59,884 bases of DNA, from NCBI GenBank assembly GCA_028712565.1, contig JAQTPW010000005.1, positions 1-59,884 of the forward strand. Direction: 5' to 3'. Source of the stretch: Minisyncoccota bacterium (GTDB lineage: Bacteria > Patescibacteriota > Minisyncoccia > Minisyncoccales > JAQTPW01). Numbering within the stretch: the first letter of the stretch is position 1; every line of letters starts with the position of its first letter. The notes below the pieces were generated by a model, which was given only the letters and a program-made list of their open reading frames with translations, was not told the DNA's origin and searched no databases. Positions 32,765 through 43,461 of the stretch are shown in pieces. The position numbers were made by a program, and so were the translations under genes.

Positions 32765-33490
32765 ATGAATTTAAAAAATAACGCGAAAATAGGAATATTG
32801 GGTTTTGGAGAAGTTGGGAAAGCAATTTCCAAATTTTATAAAAATCCCAAAATAAAGGATTTAAAAAGAAACGATAATTTGGCAGGTGTTGAAATTTTGA
32901 ACATTTGTCTTCCTTGGAGCGGAAACTTTGTAAAAATAGCAAAAGAAGAGATAAGAAAGATAAAACCCGAATTAACCATTATTCATTCGACAGTCGCTCC
33001 CGGCACAACCAAAAATATTGGGGGGAATATAGTTCATAGTCCTATTAGGGGAGTACACCCCAATCTTTTTGAAGGTATTAAAACTTTTGTAAAATATATA
33101 GGAGCTGATAAAAAAGAGGCGGCAGAGATGGCGGAAAGGCATTTTAATTCTTTGGGCATAAAAACAAAAGTTTTTTTTCCGTCTGTAACCACCGAAATCG
33201 GAAAACTTTTGGACACAACTTATTACGGCCTTTGCATTGCTTGGCACGGAGAAATGAAAAAAATCTGCGACAAATTCGGAATAGATTTTGAAAAAGCCGT
33301 TACCGATTTTAACAAAACTTATAACGAAGGCTACAAAAAAATGGGAAAGAAAAATGTCATCCGGCCTGTTTTATATCCGCCAAAAGGCGGAATTGGAGGC
33401 CATTGTGTAATACAAAATGCTGAAATTCTTAAAAAATATTTTAAAAGCAATTTTGTTGATTTTGTTTTAAATTACAAACCAAAGAAATGA
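32765..33490 (+). CDS. short NAD-binding protein resembling the UDP-glucose/GDP-mannose dehydrogenase family
   Basis: [10 protein letters not shown] Rossmann motif and a GGHC segment reminiscent of the GGSC catalytic-Cys motif. It is much shorter than canonical enzymes. Confidence 0.4.
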   Translation: MNLKNNAKIGILGFGEVGKAISKFYKNPKIKDLKRNDNLAGVEILNICLPWSGNFVKIAKEEIRKIKPELTIIHSTVAPGTTKNIGGNIVHSPIRGVHPNLFEGIKTFVKYIGADKKEAAEMAERHFNSLGIKTKVFFPSVTTEIGKLLDTTYYGLCIAWHGEMKKICDKFGIDFEKAVTDFNKTYNEGYKKMGKKNVIRPVLYPPKGGIGGHCVIQNAEILKKYFKSNFVDFVLNYKPKK

Positions 33491-34584
33491 AAAAAGCTCT
33501 AATTACCGGCATTGCCGGCCAAGACGGTTCTTATCTAACAGAACTTTTATTAAGCAAGGGTTATGAAGTCCATGGGACAATAAGATGGGACAGCATATTT
33601 ACCACAGAAAGGATAGACCATCTTTATCATGATCCGCATGTAAATGGAGTAAATTTATTTTTGCATTACAGCGACATGATTGACACCGGAAACCTTGAGA
33701 AACTAATTAATGAGATAAAGCCGGACGAAATTTATCATTTGGCGGCTATGTCCCATGTCAGGGTCAGTTTTGATATGCCAGAATACACGGTAAATACTGA
33801 TGCGCTTGGCACTCTTAGGATACTCGAAGCAATTAAAAATTCAAAATACCCGACAAAATTTTACATGGCGGCAAGTTCAGAAATGTTTGGAGGAGTAAAC
33901 CCGCCACAAAATGAAAATACTCCCTTCCATCCAAAAAGCCCCTATGCCTGTGCCAAAGTCTTTTCTTATCACATAACTCGCCTTTACAGAGAAGCTTATG
34001 GCCTTTTTGCTGCAAACGGCATGCTTTTTAACCATGAAAGCCCAAGAAGGGGCCCTACATTTGTTACTAGAAAAATTACCCGGGCAGTTTCAAGAATTAA
34101 AAAGGGCCTGGAAAAAACTATTTATTTGGGCAACTTAGATGCCAAACGCGACTGGGGTTTTGCTCCAGAATATATGGAAATAATGCATAAAATTCTCCAA
34201 CATGAAAAGCCCGATGATTTTGTAACTGCAACAGGAGAAACTCATTCTGTCAGGGAATTTTTAGAAGAGGCTTTCAAATACGCCGGTTTTGAAATTGAAT
34301 CAAACGGAAAACAAGGTATTGAAGAAGAATACATTGATAAAAAAACAGGGGAGGCATTGGTAAAAATTGACCCGAGATATTTTAGGCCGGCAGAGGTAGA
34401 ACTTTTAGTCGGCGATCCAAAGAAAGCAAGAGAAAAACTAAATTGGCAGCCAAAAATTAAATTTTCAGATTTGGTAAAAGTTATGGTTGACGCCGATTTC
34501 CGGGAGATTGGGATGGCCGCCCCCGGCCAAGGAGATAAAATTTTAAAAGAAAGATTTCCTGATCGTTGGTGGACAGTGGATTAG
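33487..34584 (+). CDS. gmd: GDP-mannose 4,6-dehydratase
   Basis: [35 protein letters not shown] and NHESPRRG motifs. 365 aa. Confidence 0.93.
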   Translation: MKKALITGIAGQDGSYLTELLLSKGYEVHGTIRWDSIFTTERIDHLYHDPHVNGVNLFLHYSDMIDTGNLEKLINEIKPDEIYHLAAMSHVRVSFDMPEYTVNTDALGTLRILEAIKNSKYPTKFYMAASSEMFGGVNPPQNENTPFHPKSPYACAKVFSYHITRLYREAYGLFAANGMLFNHESPRRGPTFVTRKITRAVSRIKKGLEKTIYLGNLDAKRDWGFAPEYMEIMHKILQHEKPDDFVTATGETHSVREFLEEAFKYAGFEIESNGKQGIEEEYIDKKTGEALVKIDPRYFRPAEVELLVGDPKKAREKLNWQPKIKFSDLVKVMVDADFREIGMAAPGQGDKILKERFPDRWWTVD

Positions 34585-34605
34585 AAAAAATTTAAAAGCA
34601 AATCA

Positions 34606-35550
34606 ATGATCGATCTCAAAAAAAAGAAAATTTTAGTCACTGGAGCCCATGGTTTTTTGGGAAAACATTTAATTAAAAATTTATTAGAGAAAAGGCAGGT
34701 CCCAAAAGAAAATTTATATACGCCGACAGCTAATGAGTTAGATCTAAGAAATTTTGAAAACTGTAAAAAAGCTGCCAAAGGCCAAAATATTATTATTCAT
34801 TTGGCGGCAATTGTGGGAGGAATCGGTTTCAACCTTGAGCATCCGGGCATTGCTTTTTATGACAATGCAGCTATGGCTTTAAATTTATTAGAAGCTGCAA
34901 GGCAAGAAGGTATTGAAAAGTTCACAGGAATCGGCTCTGTTTGCGAATATCCAAAAGAAATTCCCATGCCTTATCAAGAAGAAGATTTATGGTCAGGCTA
35001 TCCCGAAGAAACCAATGCCCCTTACGGTCTGGCAAAAAAATTTATGCTGGTCCAATCCCAAGCCTACAGAAAAGAATATAATTTAAACGCGATTCATTTA
35101 TTAATGCTAAATCTATATGGGCCAGGAGATAATTTTGATCCAAAATCAAGCCATGTAATTCCAGCTTTGATTAAAAAAATTGAGGATGCAAAGAAAGAAG
35201 GGAAAAACTATATTGAAGCTTGGGGCACGGGAAAGCCAACCAGAGAATTTTTTTACGTAGAAGATGCGGCAGAAGGAATTATTTTAGCTACAGAAAAATA
35301 TGACAAAGTTGATCCTATAAATTTAGGTTCTGGGAAGGAAATCTCCATTACGGAATTACTGGAATTGCTTTGCGAATTGATGTCTTTTAAGGGCGAAATC
35401 CGTTGGGACGCGACAAAGCCAGATGGCCAGCCGAGAAGGTTTTTTGAAACATCAAAAGCGCAAAAAGAATTTGGATTCTTCGCCAAGACCGATTTAAAAG
35501 AAGGTTTGCAAAAAACTATTGAGGATTATAAAAATAGAAATAAAATCTAA
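34606..35550 (+). CDS. GDP-L-fucose synthase family reductase/epimerase (Fcl, or ColC-type GDP-colitose synthase)
   Basis: ILVTGAHGFLG, PYGLAKK, NLYGPGDNFDPKSSHVIPALI. Fcl and ColC cannot be told apart by eye. Confidence 0.85.
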   Translation: MIDLKKKKILVTGAHGFLGKHLIKNLLEKRQVPKENLYTPTANELDLRNFENCKKAAKGQNIIIHLAAIVGGIGFNLEHPGIAFYDNAAMALNLLEAARQEGIEKFTGIGSVCEYPKEIPMPYQEEDLWSGYPEETNAPYGLAKKFMLVQSQAYRKEYNLNAIHLLMLNLYGPGDNFDPKSSHVIPALIKKIEDAKKEGKNYIEAWGTGKPTREFFYVEDAAEGIILATEKYDKVDPINLGSGKEISITELLELLCELMSFKGEIRWDATKPDGQPRRFFETSKAQKEFGFFAKTDLKEGLQKTIEDYKNRNKI

Positions 35551-35554
35551 AAAT

Positions 35555-36838
35555 ATGCAAAAGAAAAAAGAAATAATCCAAAAGAAAATAAATAACTTGG
35601 TAAAAGAATACTTTTCTTTGCCTAAAGAAGAAATTGTTTCAAATAAACTAAAAATTCCTTTAAATATCCCGACTTTCGGAGCAGATGAAGTAAATGAGGC
35701 AATTGATTCTTTGCTTTCTACCTATGTGACAATGAATGAAAAGGTTTATAAATTTGAAGAAATGTTTGCTAGTTATCTGGGGGTAAAATATGCAGTCATG
35801 GTAAATTCAGGATCTAGCGCAAACTTAATCGCTCTTTCTGTTTTAAGCAATCCAATTACTAAAAATCACATAAAACCCGGAGATGAAGTAATAATCCCGG
35901 CAGTTACCTGGTCTACAACTGCTTTCCCAATAATTAATATTGGAGCAGTGCCGGTTTTGGTTGATATAAATTTAAACAATTTTAATATAAATGCGGATTT
36001 AATTGAGAAAGCCATTACCAAAAAAACAAAAGCAATAATGCCTGTCCATCTTTTGGGAAATCCGGCTAATATGCCAAAAATTCTAAAAATTGCAAAAAAA
36101 CACAACCTGTTCGTTATTGAAGATTCCTGTGAATCTCATGGGGCTGAAATTTCTGGAAAAAAAGTCGGGACATTTGGAGATATGGGAACATTTTCATTTT
36201 TCTTTTCCCATCATATCAGCACAATGGAAGGAGGAATGGTAGTAACTAATAATGAAAAATATGCGGAACTTGCAAAAACGCTAAGGGCTCATGGCTGGAT
36301 TCGCGAATTAAAAGACAGAGGTAAGATTGCCAAAAAATATCCAAAATTTGATAAAAGCTATTTATTCGTAAACATGGGCTACAACTTGCGGCCTACTGCT
36401 CTTCAGGGCGGCTTTGGCATTCATCAGATTGGAAAATTGGAAAATATTATAAAAATTAGAAGAAAAAATGCTGATTTTTGGATAAACAAACTTTCAAAAT
36501 ACAATAAATACTTGATATTGCCAGAAAAAAAAGAAAAGACAGGGGAAAGACGAGTTTGGTTTGGGTTTCCTTTGATAATAAAAGAAACTTCCGGTTTTTC
36601 GACAAAAGAAATGACTGATTTTCTAAGGCAAAAAGGTATCGAAAATCGGCCGATTATGGCAGGAAACTTAGACGAACAGCCGGGCATGAAATTATTTAAA
36701 TATAAAGTTTCGGGAAATCTAAAAAATTCTGAATTTGTTATGGATTCGGCCTTCTTTTTTGCCAACCATCAGGGAATTGGGGATAAAGAAAGAAGATATG
36801 TTGTAGATTGCATTGATAAATTTTTTAAATCCAAATAA
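35555..36838 (+). CDS. ColD-like GDP-4-keto-6-deoxy-D-mannose 3-dehydratase (DegT fold with His replacing the PLP lysine)
   Basis: Trimmed to the ATG at 35555. GTFSFFFSHHISTMEGG has His where PseC here has Lys (SFHPVKTITTGEGG). RAHGWIREL, GYNLRP and WFGFPLIIK resemble ColD as I recall it. Only two Cys, so an E1-type Fe-S cluster is unlikely. Confidence 0.75.
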   Translation: MQKKKEIIQKKINNLVKEYFSLPKEEIVSNKLKIPLNIPTFGADEVNEAIDSLLSTYVTMNEKVYKFEEMFASYLGVKYAVMVNSGSSANLIALSVLSNPITKNHIKPGDEVIIPAVTWSTTAFPIINIGAVPVLVDINLNNFNINADLIEKAITKKTKAIMPVHLLGNPANMPKILKIAKKHNLFVIEDSCESHGAEISGKKVGTFGDMGTFSFFFSHHISTMEGGMVVTNNEKYAELAKTLRAHGWIRELKDRGKIAKKYPKFDKSYLFVNMGYNLRPTALQGGFGIHQIGKLENIIKIRRKNADFWINKLSKYNKYLILPEKKEKTGERRVWFGFPLIIKETSGFSTKEMTDFLRQKGIENRPIMAGNLDEQPGMKLFKYKVSGNLKNSEFVMDSAFFFANHQGIGDKERRYVVDCIDKFFKSK

Positions 36839-37590
36839 TGGGAAGAAAAGAATATTGGGAAAATAATTATTTAAAATATTGGCAGGAAAGAACAAGGGGT
36901 AAAAAAGAAATCATAAAGAATGATGCTAGCCCCGCTGACGAAAAGATCTTTAATTTTTATTTTAAAAAATTGAATCCAAAGCCAGGAGAAAAATTATTGG
37001 ATTTAGGCTGCGGATTCGGCAGATTTTTTCCAATTTTTAAAAAAAAGAAAGTTAAAATTTTCGGAATAGATATTTCAGAGTCAATGATTAAAAAAGCAAA
37101 GAAAGATTACGAAAAAATTTGTGAAGAATTGGTTGTGTCCGAAGCGGAAAAATTGCCCTTTCAAAGTAATTATTTTGACAAAATAGTTTGCTGGGCGATT
37201 TTTGATGCGCTCTTCCAAGATAAAGCGCTTCGCGAAATAAACAGAGTTCTTAAAAAAGGAGGGATGGCCTTAATTACCGGAAAGAACGATAATTTCAGAG
37301 ATGACGACCAAAAAGCAAGAATTGCTGAAATTAATGCCAGAAAAAAGGGGCACCCAAATTATTTTACTGATTTTAAAAAATTAATAGAAAATTTGGATAA
37401 ATTCGGCTTTAAGATACAGGGTGAACATTATTTTGAAAAGCGGGGATATTTTTCTAAGAACAAATATTCCAAAAAAATACCCGGGTTTTTCTATGAATAC
37501 TTAATTTTTTTAAAAAAAGAGGGGAATCCTAAAAATTTTTATGTCAAAATCAGCGATAAATTCAGCAAAACTTTCAAAAGGGGAATCTGA
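36838..37590 (+). CDS. class I SAM-dependent methyltransferase
   Basis: LLDLGCGFGRFF motif I and the downstream ESMIKKA and FDKIVCW motifs. Confidence 0.8.
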   Translation: MGRKEYWENNYLKYWQERTRGKKEIIKNDASPADEKIFNFYFKKLNPKPGEKLLDLGCGFGRFFPIFKKKKVKIFGIDISESMIKKAKKDYEKICEELVVSEAEKLPFQSNYFDKIVCWAIFDALFQDKALREINRVLKKGGMALITGKNDNFRDDDQKARIAEINARKKGHPNYFTDFKKLIENLDKFGFKIQGEHYFEKRGYFSKNKYSKKIPGFFYEYLIFLKKEGNPKNFYVKISDKFSKTFKRGI

Positions 37591-38782
37591 AAAAAGAGGA
37601 ACGGTTTTTGTGGTTTTTGCCATGGACACAGAAGGGCCGGTAACTGATAAAAAAAACAAAAACCTATTGGGAAGCTGGGGAAAAGTGGATTTTGCAATGG
37701 GAAAACTCTTTGATAGAAAATTTCGCAATCAATATAAAGATAGTTTTGGGGGAGCATTTAAAATCAGCTGGTTTTTTTTGAACTGGACAGGATTTAAAAC
37801 AAATCCTGTAAAACGGGATTTTGGATATCATAAAATCCAGGATCATTATATTAAAAAATGGGGAGATAAAATAAGACAATATGGAGACGGAATATATTGG
37901 CATTATCATCATCCTTCTAAAAACGGCGTTGGGAATGAATGGAATATTGATTGGTTTTCAAATAACGAATATTTTAACATTTTGAACAGAATGGTAATTG
38001 ACAGAAAATATTTTCCGTCTGTTTTCCGGGCAGGCGGAACAATTGAAAATAATGATAGTTCGTTATGGCTTGAACAATGGATTCCTTTTGATTATTCGAG
38101 CAGGGCAAGTAAAAATATAAATTGGCAAAAAAAAGAGGCAGACGGCAGATTGTTAAAAGAGGTTTGCGATTGGACAGAAGCTCCGAGAAAATGGGGGTTT
38201 TATAATCCAAGCTCTAAGAATTATCAAAAAGAAGGATGTCTTAAAAGAAAGATATTTAGGTGCTTGGATTTTAATTCTTCCGTTCATTCAATCCAAGATT
38301 CGGAGATAGGGGAAGCTTTTTTGGAGGCAGAAAAAGGAAAAGATGTTGTTTTGGCTTTTTTTGACCATGATTTTCGGGACATTGCAAAAAATATAGCTTT
38401 TTTATTTTTCCCAAAACTAAAAAAAATAGCCAGTATGCATCCTAAAATAAAATTTAAATACGAGAATGCCAAAAATGCGGCAACATCAATTATCAATGAG
38501 AACAAAAAAGAAAAAATAAATTTTAAAGTAAAAATTTTAAATTTAAAATTAATAATTAGCTCCAATTCAGAAATATTCGGAAGCCAACCATATTTGGCTA
38601 TAAAATTTGGCGAGAATAATTATAAGCATTATTCCTTGGATGTTATTGGAAAAAATATCTGGCAGCATGCCTTGGAATATCCCAAAAAGAAAATTATTTT
38701 TGGAATTGCCGCGAATAATAATTTAGGAGAAAATAAAGTTTTATTATATAAATATGAAAATTCTAGGATTAATCCCCGCTAG
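37541..38782 (+). CDS. hypothetical protein (no family recognised)
   Basis: Long ORF in operon context. The start is uncertain because it overlaps the upstream gene by 50 nt. Confidence 0.5.
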   Translation: MSKSAINSAKLSKGESEKRGTVFVVFAMDTEGPVTDKKNKNLLGSWGKVDFAMGKLFDRKFRNQYKDSFGGAFKISWFFLNWTGFKTNPVKRDFGYHKIQDHYIKKWGDKIRQYGDGIYWHYHHPSKNGVGNEWNIDWFSNNEYFNILNRMVIDRKYFPSVFRAGGTIENNDSSLWLEQWIPFDYSSRASKNINWQKKEADGRLLKEVCDWTEAPRKWGFYNPSSKNYQKEGCLKRKIFRCLDFNSSVHSIQDSEIGEAFLEAEKGKDVVLAFFDHDFRDIAKNIAFLFFPKLKKIASMHPKIKFKYENAKNAATSIINENKKEKINFKVKILNLKLIISSNSEIFGSQPYLAIKFGENNYKHYSLDVIGKNIWQHALEYPKKKIIFGIAANNNLGENKVLLYKYENSRINPR

Positions 38783-39482
38783 AGGGGGATCAAAAGGAAT
38801 ACCGAAAAAGAATATTTATCCGCTTTGCGGAAAGCCCATGATAGGGTACGTGATAGAAAAAGCGCTCAAATCCAAATATATTAATAGGTTGGTTGTTTCT
38901 ACTGACGATACAGAAATTTCTAGGATTTCAAAGAAATTTGGAGCAGAAGTCCCTTTTATGAGGCTCAAAAATTTGGCGCAAGATAGTTCCCCGACCGTGC
39001 CAGTAGTAAAACATGCTTTAGATTGGCTAAAAAAAAATGAAAATTATTTTCCCGACATTATCGTTTTGCTTCAAGCCAATTCTCCTTTAATGAAAACAGA
39101 AGATATAGATAAGGTCGTGGAAAAGCAAATAAAAACAAAAGCCGATGTTGCTTATACTTTAATGGAAATTTCCCATCCTTCCCAATGGCTGCAGAAACTG
39201 AGAAAAGATGAGCCGTATTTTATTTTTCCAGAAAAAAATATAGAAAGCTTTAAAAACCGGCAGTCAATAAAAGAAAAGACTTACCGTTCAACGGGAGTAA
39301 TATCTGCAATAAAAACAGAATATTTTCTTAAAAATTATAATAAAAATCCCCGGCTCTGCCTTCCTAAAAAAGGCCAGAAAACAAAAGCTATTGTTTTGGA
39401 TCCTGTTTCTTCTGTTGATATAGATAATTTTTTGGACTTATATTTTACTGAGACCTTAATTAAAAAGTATAATTTAAAATAA
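38754..39482 (+). CDS. acylneuraminate cytidylyltransferase family (CMP-nonulosonate synthetase, NeuA/LegF-like)
   Basis: MKILGLIPARGGSKGIPKKNI and LVVSTDD motifs. Confidence 0.85.
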   Translation: MKILGLIPARGGSKGIPKKNIYPLCGKPMIGYVIEKALKSKYINRLVVSTDDTEISRISKKFGAEVPFMRLKNLAQDSSPTVPVVKHALDWLKKNENYFPDIIVLLQANSPLMKTEDIDKVVEKQIKTKADVAYTLMEISHPSQWLQKLRKDEPYFIFPEKNIESFKNRQSIKEKTYRSTGVISAIKTEYFLKNYNKNPRLCLPKKGQKTKAIVLDPVSSVDIDNFLDLYFTETLIKKYNLK

Positions 39483-40787
39483 ATGGAAAAAGTTTTATTA
39501 ATCAATCCTTTGGTTACCGATAAAGAAAAATTTAGCAATACGGCTAAAGTTACTCCTCATCATCTGCCTCCTCAAGGGCTTTGTTTTTTGGCGGCGGTTT
39601 TACGGGAAAAAGGATATGCGGTTAAAATTATTGATGCCGAAGCTACTGGTGAAGGAGATGCAATTATTTTAAATATGGTTAGGGCGGAAAACCCGGATTA
39701 TATTGGAATTTCTGCAACTATTTTATCAATATTCCGGGCGGCAGAATACGTGAAGATGTTCCGAGAGAATTTTCCTGATAAAAAAATTATTTTAGGAGGT
39801 CCTCAAATTACAGCTTCTCCTGAAGAAACTATGAAAATTGTTCCGGGAATTGATGCCGGAATTTTAGGAGAAGGAGAAATAACCATCTTGGAATTATTAA
39901 ATGCTTTTAAAAATAAGGGAGATTTAAATTCAGTTAAAGGTTTGATTTTAAAAGAAGGGGATGTTTTAAAAAGAACTGCGCCTCGAGAATTTATTCAAAA
40001 CTTAGATGATCTGCCGCTTCCTGCCTGGGATTTATTGCCAAGTTTAACTCAATATTATAGTACTTCAGCAATTACTTATAAAAGGACTCCCGCCATTAAT
40101 TTGGTTACTTCACGGGGGTGTCCTAATCAATGCATATTTTGCGACAGATCAGTTTTTGGCAGAAAATGGAGGGCTTTTTCACCGAATAGAATTATTGAAA
40201 TGGTAAAGGTTTTAGTTAATAAATACGGCATAAAAGATATCTATTTTGACGATGACCATTTCTTAGTCAGCAAAGAAAGAGTTAAAGAATTTTGCAGATT
40301 ATTGAAAGAAGAAAAAATCGACCTTACTTGGTCGGCAGTTGGCAGGATAGATTCAGTAGATGAAGAACTTATTTCTATTATAAAATCGGTTGGCTGCCAT
40401 CAGTTGGAATTTGGGTTGGAATCCGGTTCCCAAAAAATACTAGATATCTTAAAGAAGAATGTCAAAGTAGAAAATGTTGAGAGAAATTTAAAAATGGTAA
40501 AAGCCGCAGGGTTAAGTATAAAAGGGCTTTTTATGGTAGGCAGCCCCGGGGAAACCGAAGAAACCTTAAAAGAAACAGAAGATTTTATAAAAAGAGTGGG
40601 CATCACCCGTCTTTCAGTAGCTTCCTTTACGCCCCTTCCTGGTTCTGAGGTTTATTCAAAAGCAAAGGAATACGGTTTATTTGATGATGATTGGAGAAAA
40701 ATGAATTTAAGAAATACGCTTTTTGTGCCGTGGGGAGTGACAAAAGAAATGCTAAGCAAATATATAGGAATATATGAGAGAAAATAA
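39483..40787 (+). CDS. cobalamin-binding-domain radical SAM enzyme (paralog 1)
   Basis: N-terminal B12-binding-like Rossmann region (IGISATI...ILGGPQIT) and a CPNQCIFC CxxxCxxC motif. Confidence 0.85.
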   Translation: MEKVLLINPLVTDKEKFSNTAKVTPHHLPPQGLCFLAAVLREKGYAVKIIDAEATGEGDAIILNMVRAENPDYIGISATILSIFRAAEYVKMFRENFPDKKIILGGPQITASPEETMKIVPGIDAGILGEGEITILELLNAFKNKGDLNSVKGLILKEGDVLKRTAPREFIQNLDDLPLPAWDLLPSLTQYYSTSAITYKRTPAINLVTSRGCPNQCIFCDRSVFGRKWRAFSPNRIIEMVKVLVNKYGIKDIYFDDDHFLVSKERVKEFCRLLKEEKIDLTWSAVGRIDSVDEELISIIKSVGCHQLEFGLESGSQKILDILKKNVKVENVERNLKMVKAAGLSIKGLFMVGSPGETEETLKETEDFIKRVGITRLSVASFTPLPGSEVYSKAKEYGLFDDDWRKMNLRNTLFVPWGVTKEMLSKYIGIYERK

Positions 40788-40789
40788 AA

Positions 40790-41890
40790 ATGAAAATAAA
40801 AATAGGAAAAAATTTAATAGGTAAAAATGAGCCATGCTTTATAATAGCTGAAGCTGGAGTTAATCACAACGGCGATTTAAAGCTTGCTAAAAAATTAATT
40901 GATAAAGCCAGAGAAGCCGGAGTTGATGCTGTAAAATTCCAGACATTTAAAGCAGAAAAAATTGTAACCCTTAATGCCAAACAAGCAAAATACCAGACAA
41001 AGAACACCGATAAAAAAGAATCGCAGTACGAAATGTTAAAAAGATTGGAATTATCCTATCCTGATTTTGAGGAATTAAAAAGGTATTGCAAAAGAAAGAA
41101 AATAATCTTTCTTTCCACAGCCCATTCCTGCAAAGAAGATGTAGATTTAGTCGCAAGATTATGCCCGGCAATTAAAATAGCTTCCGGAGATCTGACTAAT
41201 TTGCCATTCTTGGAATATGCCGCCAAAAAAGATCTGCCGATTATTTTATCCACTGGCATGGGAAATTTGGAAGAAGTGAAAGAAGCAGTAAAAACAATTT
41301 TGCCTGTTAATGAAAAACTTATTTTGTTGCACTGCACAACCAATTATCCGACACCTTTTAATGAAGTTAATTTACTGGCAATGAAAACCATGGAAAAAGA
41401 ATTTTCTTTGCCAGTCGGATATTCAGACCATACAGAAGGAATAAAAATTTCTTTGGCAGCCGCGGCTTTGGGAGCTTGTATTATTGAAAAACATTTTACT
41501 TTAGATAAAAAATTACCCGGCCCTGACCATAAAGCATCTTTGGAGCCGGAAGAATTAAAAGAAATGGTTTTGGGAATAAGGAAAATTGAGAAAAGATTAA
41601 AAAACGGAGAAAAATCAAGTGATTTAATAAAGGAGCTTAAAGTTGAAGAATCTTTAGGAAATGGCGTCAAAAAACCGACTAAAAGCGAATTAGAAGTGGC
41701 AAAAGTTGCCAGAAAAAGCATTGTGTCGGCGCAAAATATAAAAAAAGGCAAAATAATAGAAGAAAAAATGCTGGCAATTAAACGACCGGGAACGGGGTTG
41801 GAACCTAAATTTATTGATAAATTAATTGGGAAGAAAGCTAAATTTGATATTAAAAAAGATAAATTAATTAAATTTGGAGATTTATCATAA
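40790..41890 (+). CDS. N-acetylneuraminate synthase family (NeuB/LegI-like) with C-terminal SAF domain
   Basis: EPCFIIAEAGVNHNGDLKLAKKLIDKAREAGVDAVKFQTF and a PGPDHKASLEP motif. Confidence 0.9.
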   Translation: MKIKIGKNLIGKNEPCFIIAEAGVNHNGDLKLAKKLIDKAREAGVDAVKFQTFKAEKIVTLNAKQAKYQTKNTDKKESQYEMLKRLELSYPDFEELKRYCKRKKIIFLSTAHSCKEDVDLVARLCPAIKIASGDLTNLPFLEYAAKKDLPIILSTGMGNLEEVKEAVKTILPVNEKLILLHCTTNYPTPFNEVNLLAMKTMEKEFSLPVGYSDHTEGIKISLAAAALGACIIEKHFTLDKKLPGPDHKASLEPEELKEMVLGIRKIEKRLKNGEKSSDLIKELKVEESLGNGVKKPTKSELEVAKVARKSIVSAQNIKKGKIIEEKMLAIKRPGTGLEPKFIDKLIGKKAKFDIKKDKLIKFGDLS

Positions 41891-43032
41891 TGAGAAAAAT
41901 TTTGTACATATCTGGAACAAGAGCAGATTACGGATTAATGCGAGAAACATTGTTTCAGATTAAAAAAAACCCAAAACTGAAAATTGAAATAGCCGCAACT
42001 GGCATGCATTTAATGCCAGAATTTGGATTGACGATCGACGAAATAAAAAAAGATGGTTTTAAAATTCATAAAGTAAATGCAATTTATAAAAAAGACGATA
42101 AGGAATCAATGGCTTCTTTTATTGGAGAATTGATCCAATTATTGACAAAAGAAATTAAAAAAATAAAGCCGGATATTGTTTTATTATTAGGAGACAGGGG
42201 AGAAATGTTATCTGGAGCCATTGCGGGTTCTTATTTAACAATACCGGTTGCGCATATTGGAGGAGGAGATATAAGCGGAACTATTGATGAGCTGGCCCGT
42301 CACGCGATAACTAAATTATCCCATATTCATTTTCCCGTAACTGAAAATTCAGCAAAAAGGATTCAAAAAATGGGAGAAGAGTCCTGGAGAATATTTAAGG
42401 TTTCAGCTCCCGGATTGGACGATATTTTAAATGAAAAATTATTTTCTGAAAAAGAAATTTCAAAAAAATATAAATTGAATCTTTCAAAGCCAATTTTATT
42501 AGTTGTTCAGCATGCTGTAACTACTGAAATTAATGAGGCCGCAAAACAAATTAAAGAAACCTTGGAAGCAATTAGAGAATTGGGATTTCAAACAATTTTA
42601 ATCTATCCCAACGCTGATGCGGGAGGAAGAGAAATGATAAAAGTTATTAACGAATACAAAAAATACCCATTTATTAAAATTTATAAAAGTATTCCCCGGA
42701 AAGATTATCTCAGTTTGATGAAAATTTCCTCTGTTTTAATAGGAAATTCTAGTTCTGGAGTGATTGAGGCTCCTTCATTTCATTTGCCCATGGTAAATAT
42801 TGGAAAAAGAGAAATAGGCAGGGAAAGGACAAGAAATGTAATTGATACAAATTATAATAAAGAAGAAATAAAAAAAGCCATCGAGAGAGCCATCCACGAT
42901 AAAAAATTTAAAGAATCATTAAAAAAAATAAAAAATCCTTATGGCAATGGAAATGGCGGGAAAAAAATTGCTGATATTTTAGCTAAAATAAAAATTGATA
43001 AAAAATTATTAGAAAAGAAAATAATTTATTAA
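41890..43032 (+). CDS. hydrolysing UDP-N-acetylglucosamine 2-epimerase family (NeuC/LegG-like)
   Basis: ILYISGTRADYGLM, LLGDRGEML and HIGGGD motifs. Confidence 0.88.
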   Translation: MRKILYISGTRADYGLMRETLFQIKKNPKLKIEIAATGMHLMPEFGLTIDEIKKDGFKIHKVNAIYKKDDKESMASFIGELIQLLTKEIKKIKPDIVLLLGDRGEMLSGAIAGSYLTIPVAHIGGGDISGTIDELARHAITKLSHIHFPVTENSAKRIQKMGEESWRIFKVSAPGLDDILNEKLFSEKEISKKYKLNLSKPILLVVQHAVTTEINEAAKQIKETLEAIRELGFQTILIYPNADAGGREMIKVINEYKKYPFIKIYKSIPRKDYLSLMKISSVLIGNSSSGVIEAPSFHLPMVNIGKREIGRERTRNVIDTNYNKEEIKKAIERAIHDKKFKESLKKIKNPYGNGNGGKKIADILAKIKIDKKLLEKKIIY

Positions 43033-43042
43033 AATTATTCTT

Positions 43043-43447
43043 ATGGAAAATCGATTTAAAAATTGGAAACATCCAAAAATTAAGGAAGGAAAGCTGACAA
43101 AATATTATTGGCTTGTCCAGAATAATAAAAATCTAAAGCTCGGCAAAAAAACTGATATTGGCGCATTTACCTATATTAATGCAAAAAATGGAGTGGAAAT
43201 TAAAGATAATGTCCAAATCGGCTCACACTGTTCAATTTATTCTATTTCAACAATAGATAATAAAGAAGGAAAAATTATTCTTGAGAAAAATTGCAAAATA
43301 GGTTCGCATTGCACAATTATGCCCGGCGTCATGGTTGGGGAAAATTCCGTTATCGGGGCTTTTAGCTTTATAAACAAGGACATTCCAGCTAATACTTTAG
43401 CTTATGGGATACCGGTGAAAATAATTAAAAAAATAAACGAAAAATAG
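43043..43447 (+). CDS. hexapeptide-repeat (LbH) acetyltransferase
   Basis: Repeated [LIV]G-x4 hexapeptides (IGSHCSI, IGSHCTI, VGENSVIGA). Confidence 0.8.
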   Translation: MENRFKNWKHPKIKEGKLTKYYWLVQNNKNLKLGKKTDIGAFTYINAKNGVEIKDNVQIGSHCSIYSISTIDNKEGKIILEKNCKIGSHCTIMPGVMVGENSVIGAFSFINKDIPANTLAYGIPVKIIKKINEK

Positions 43448-43461
43448 GTATTTTCATAAAT

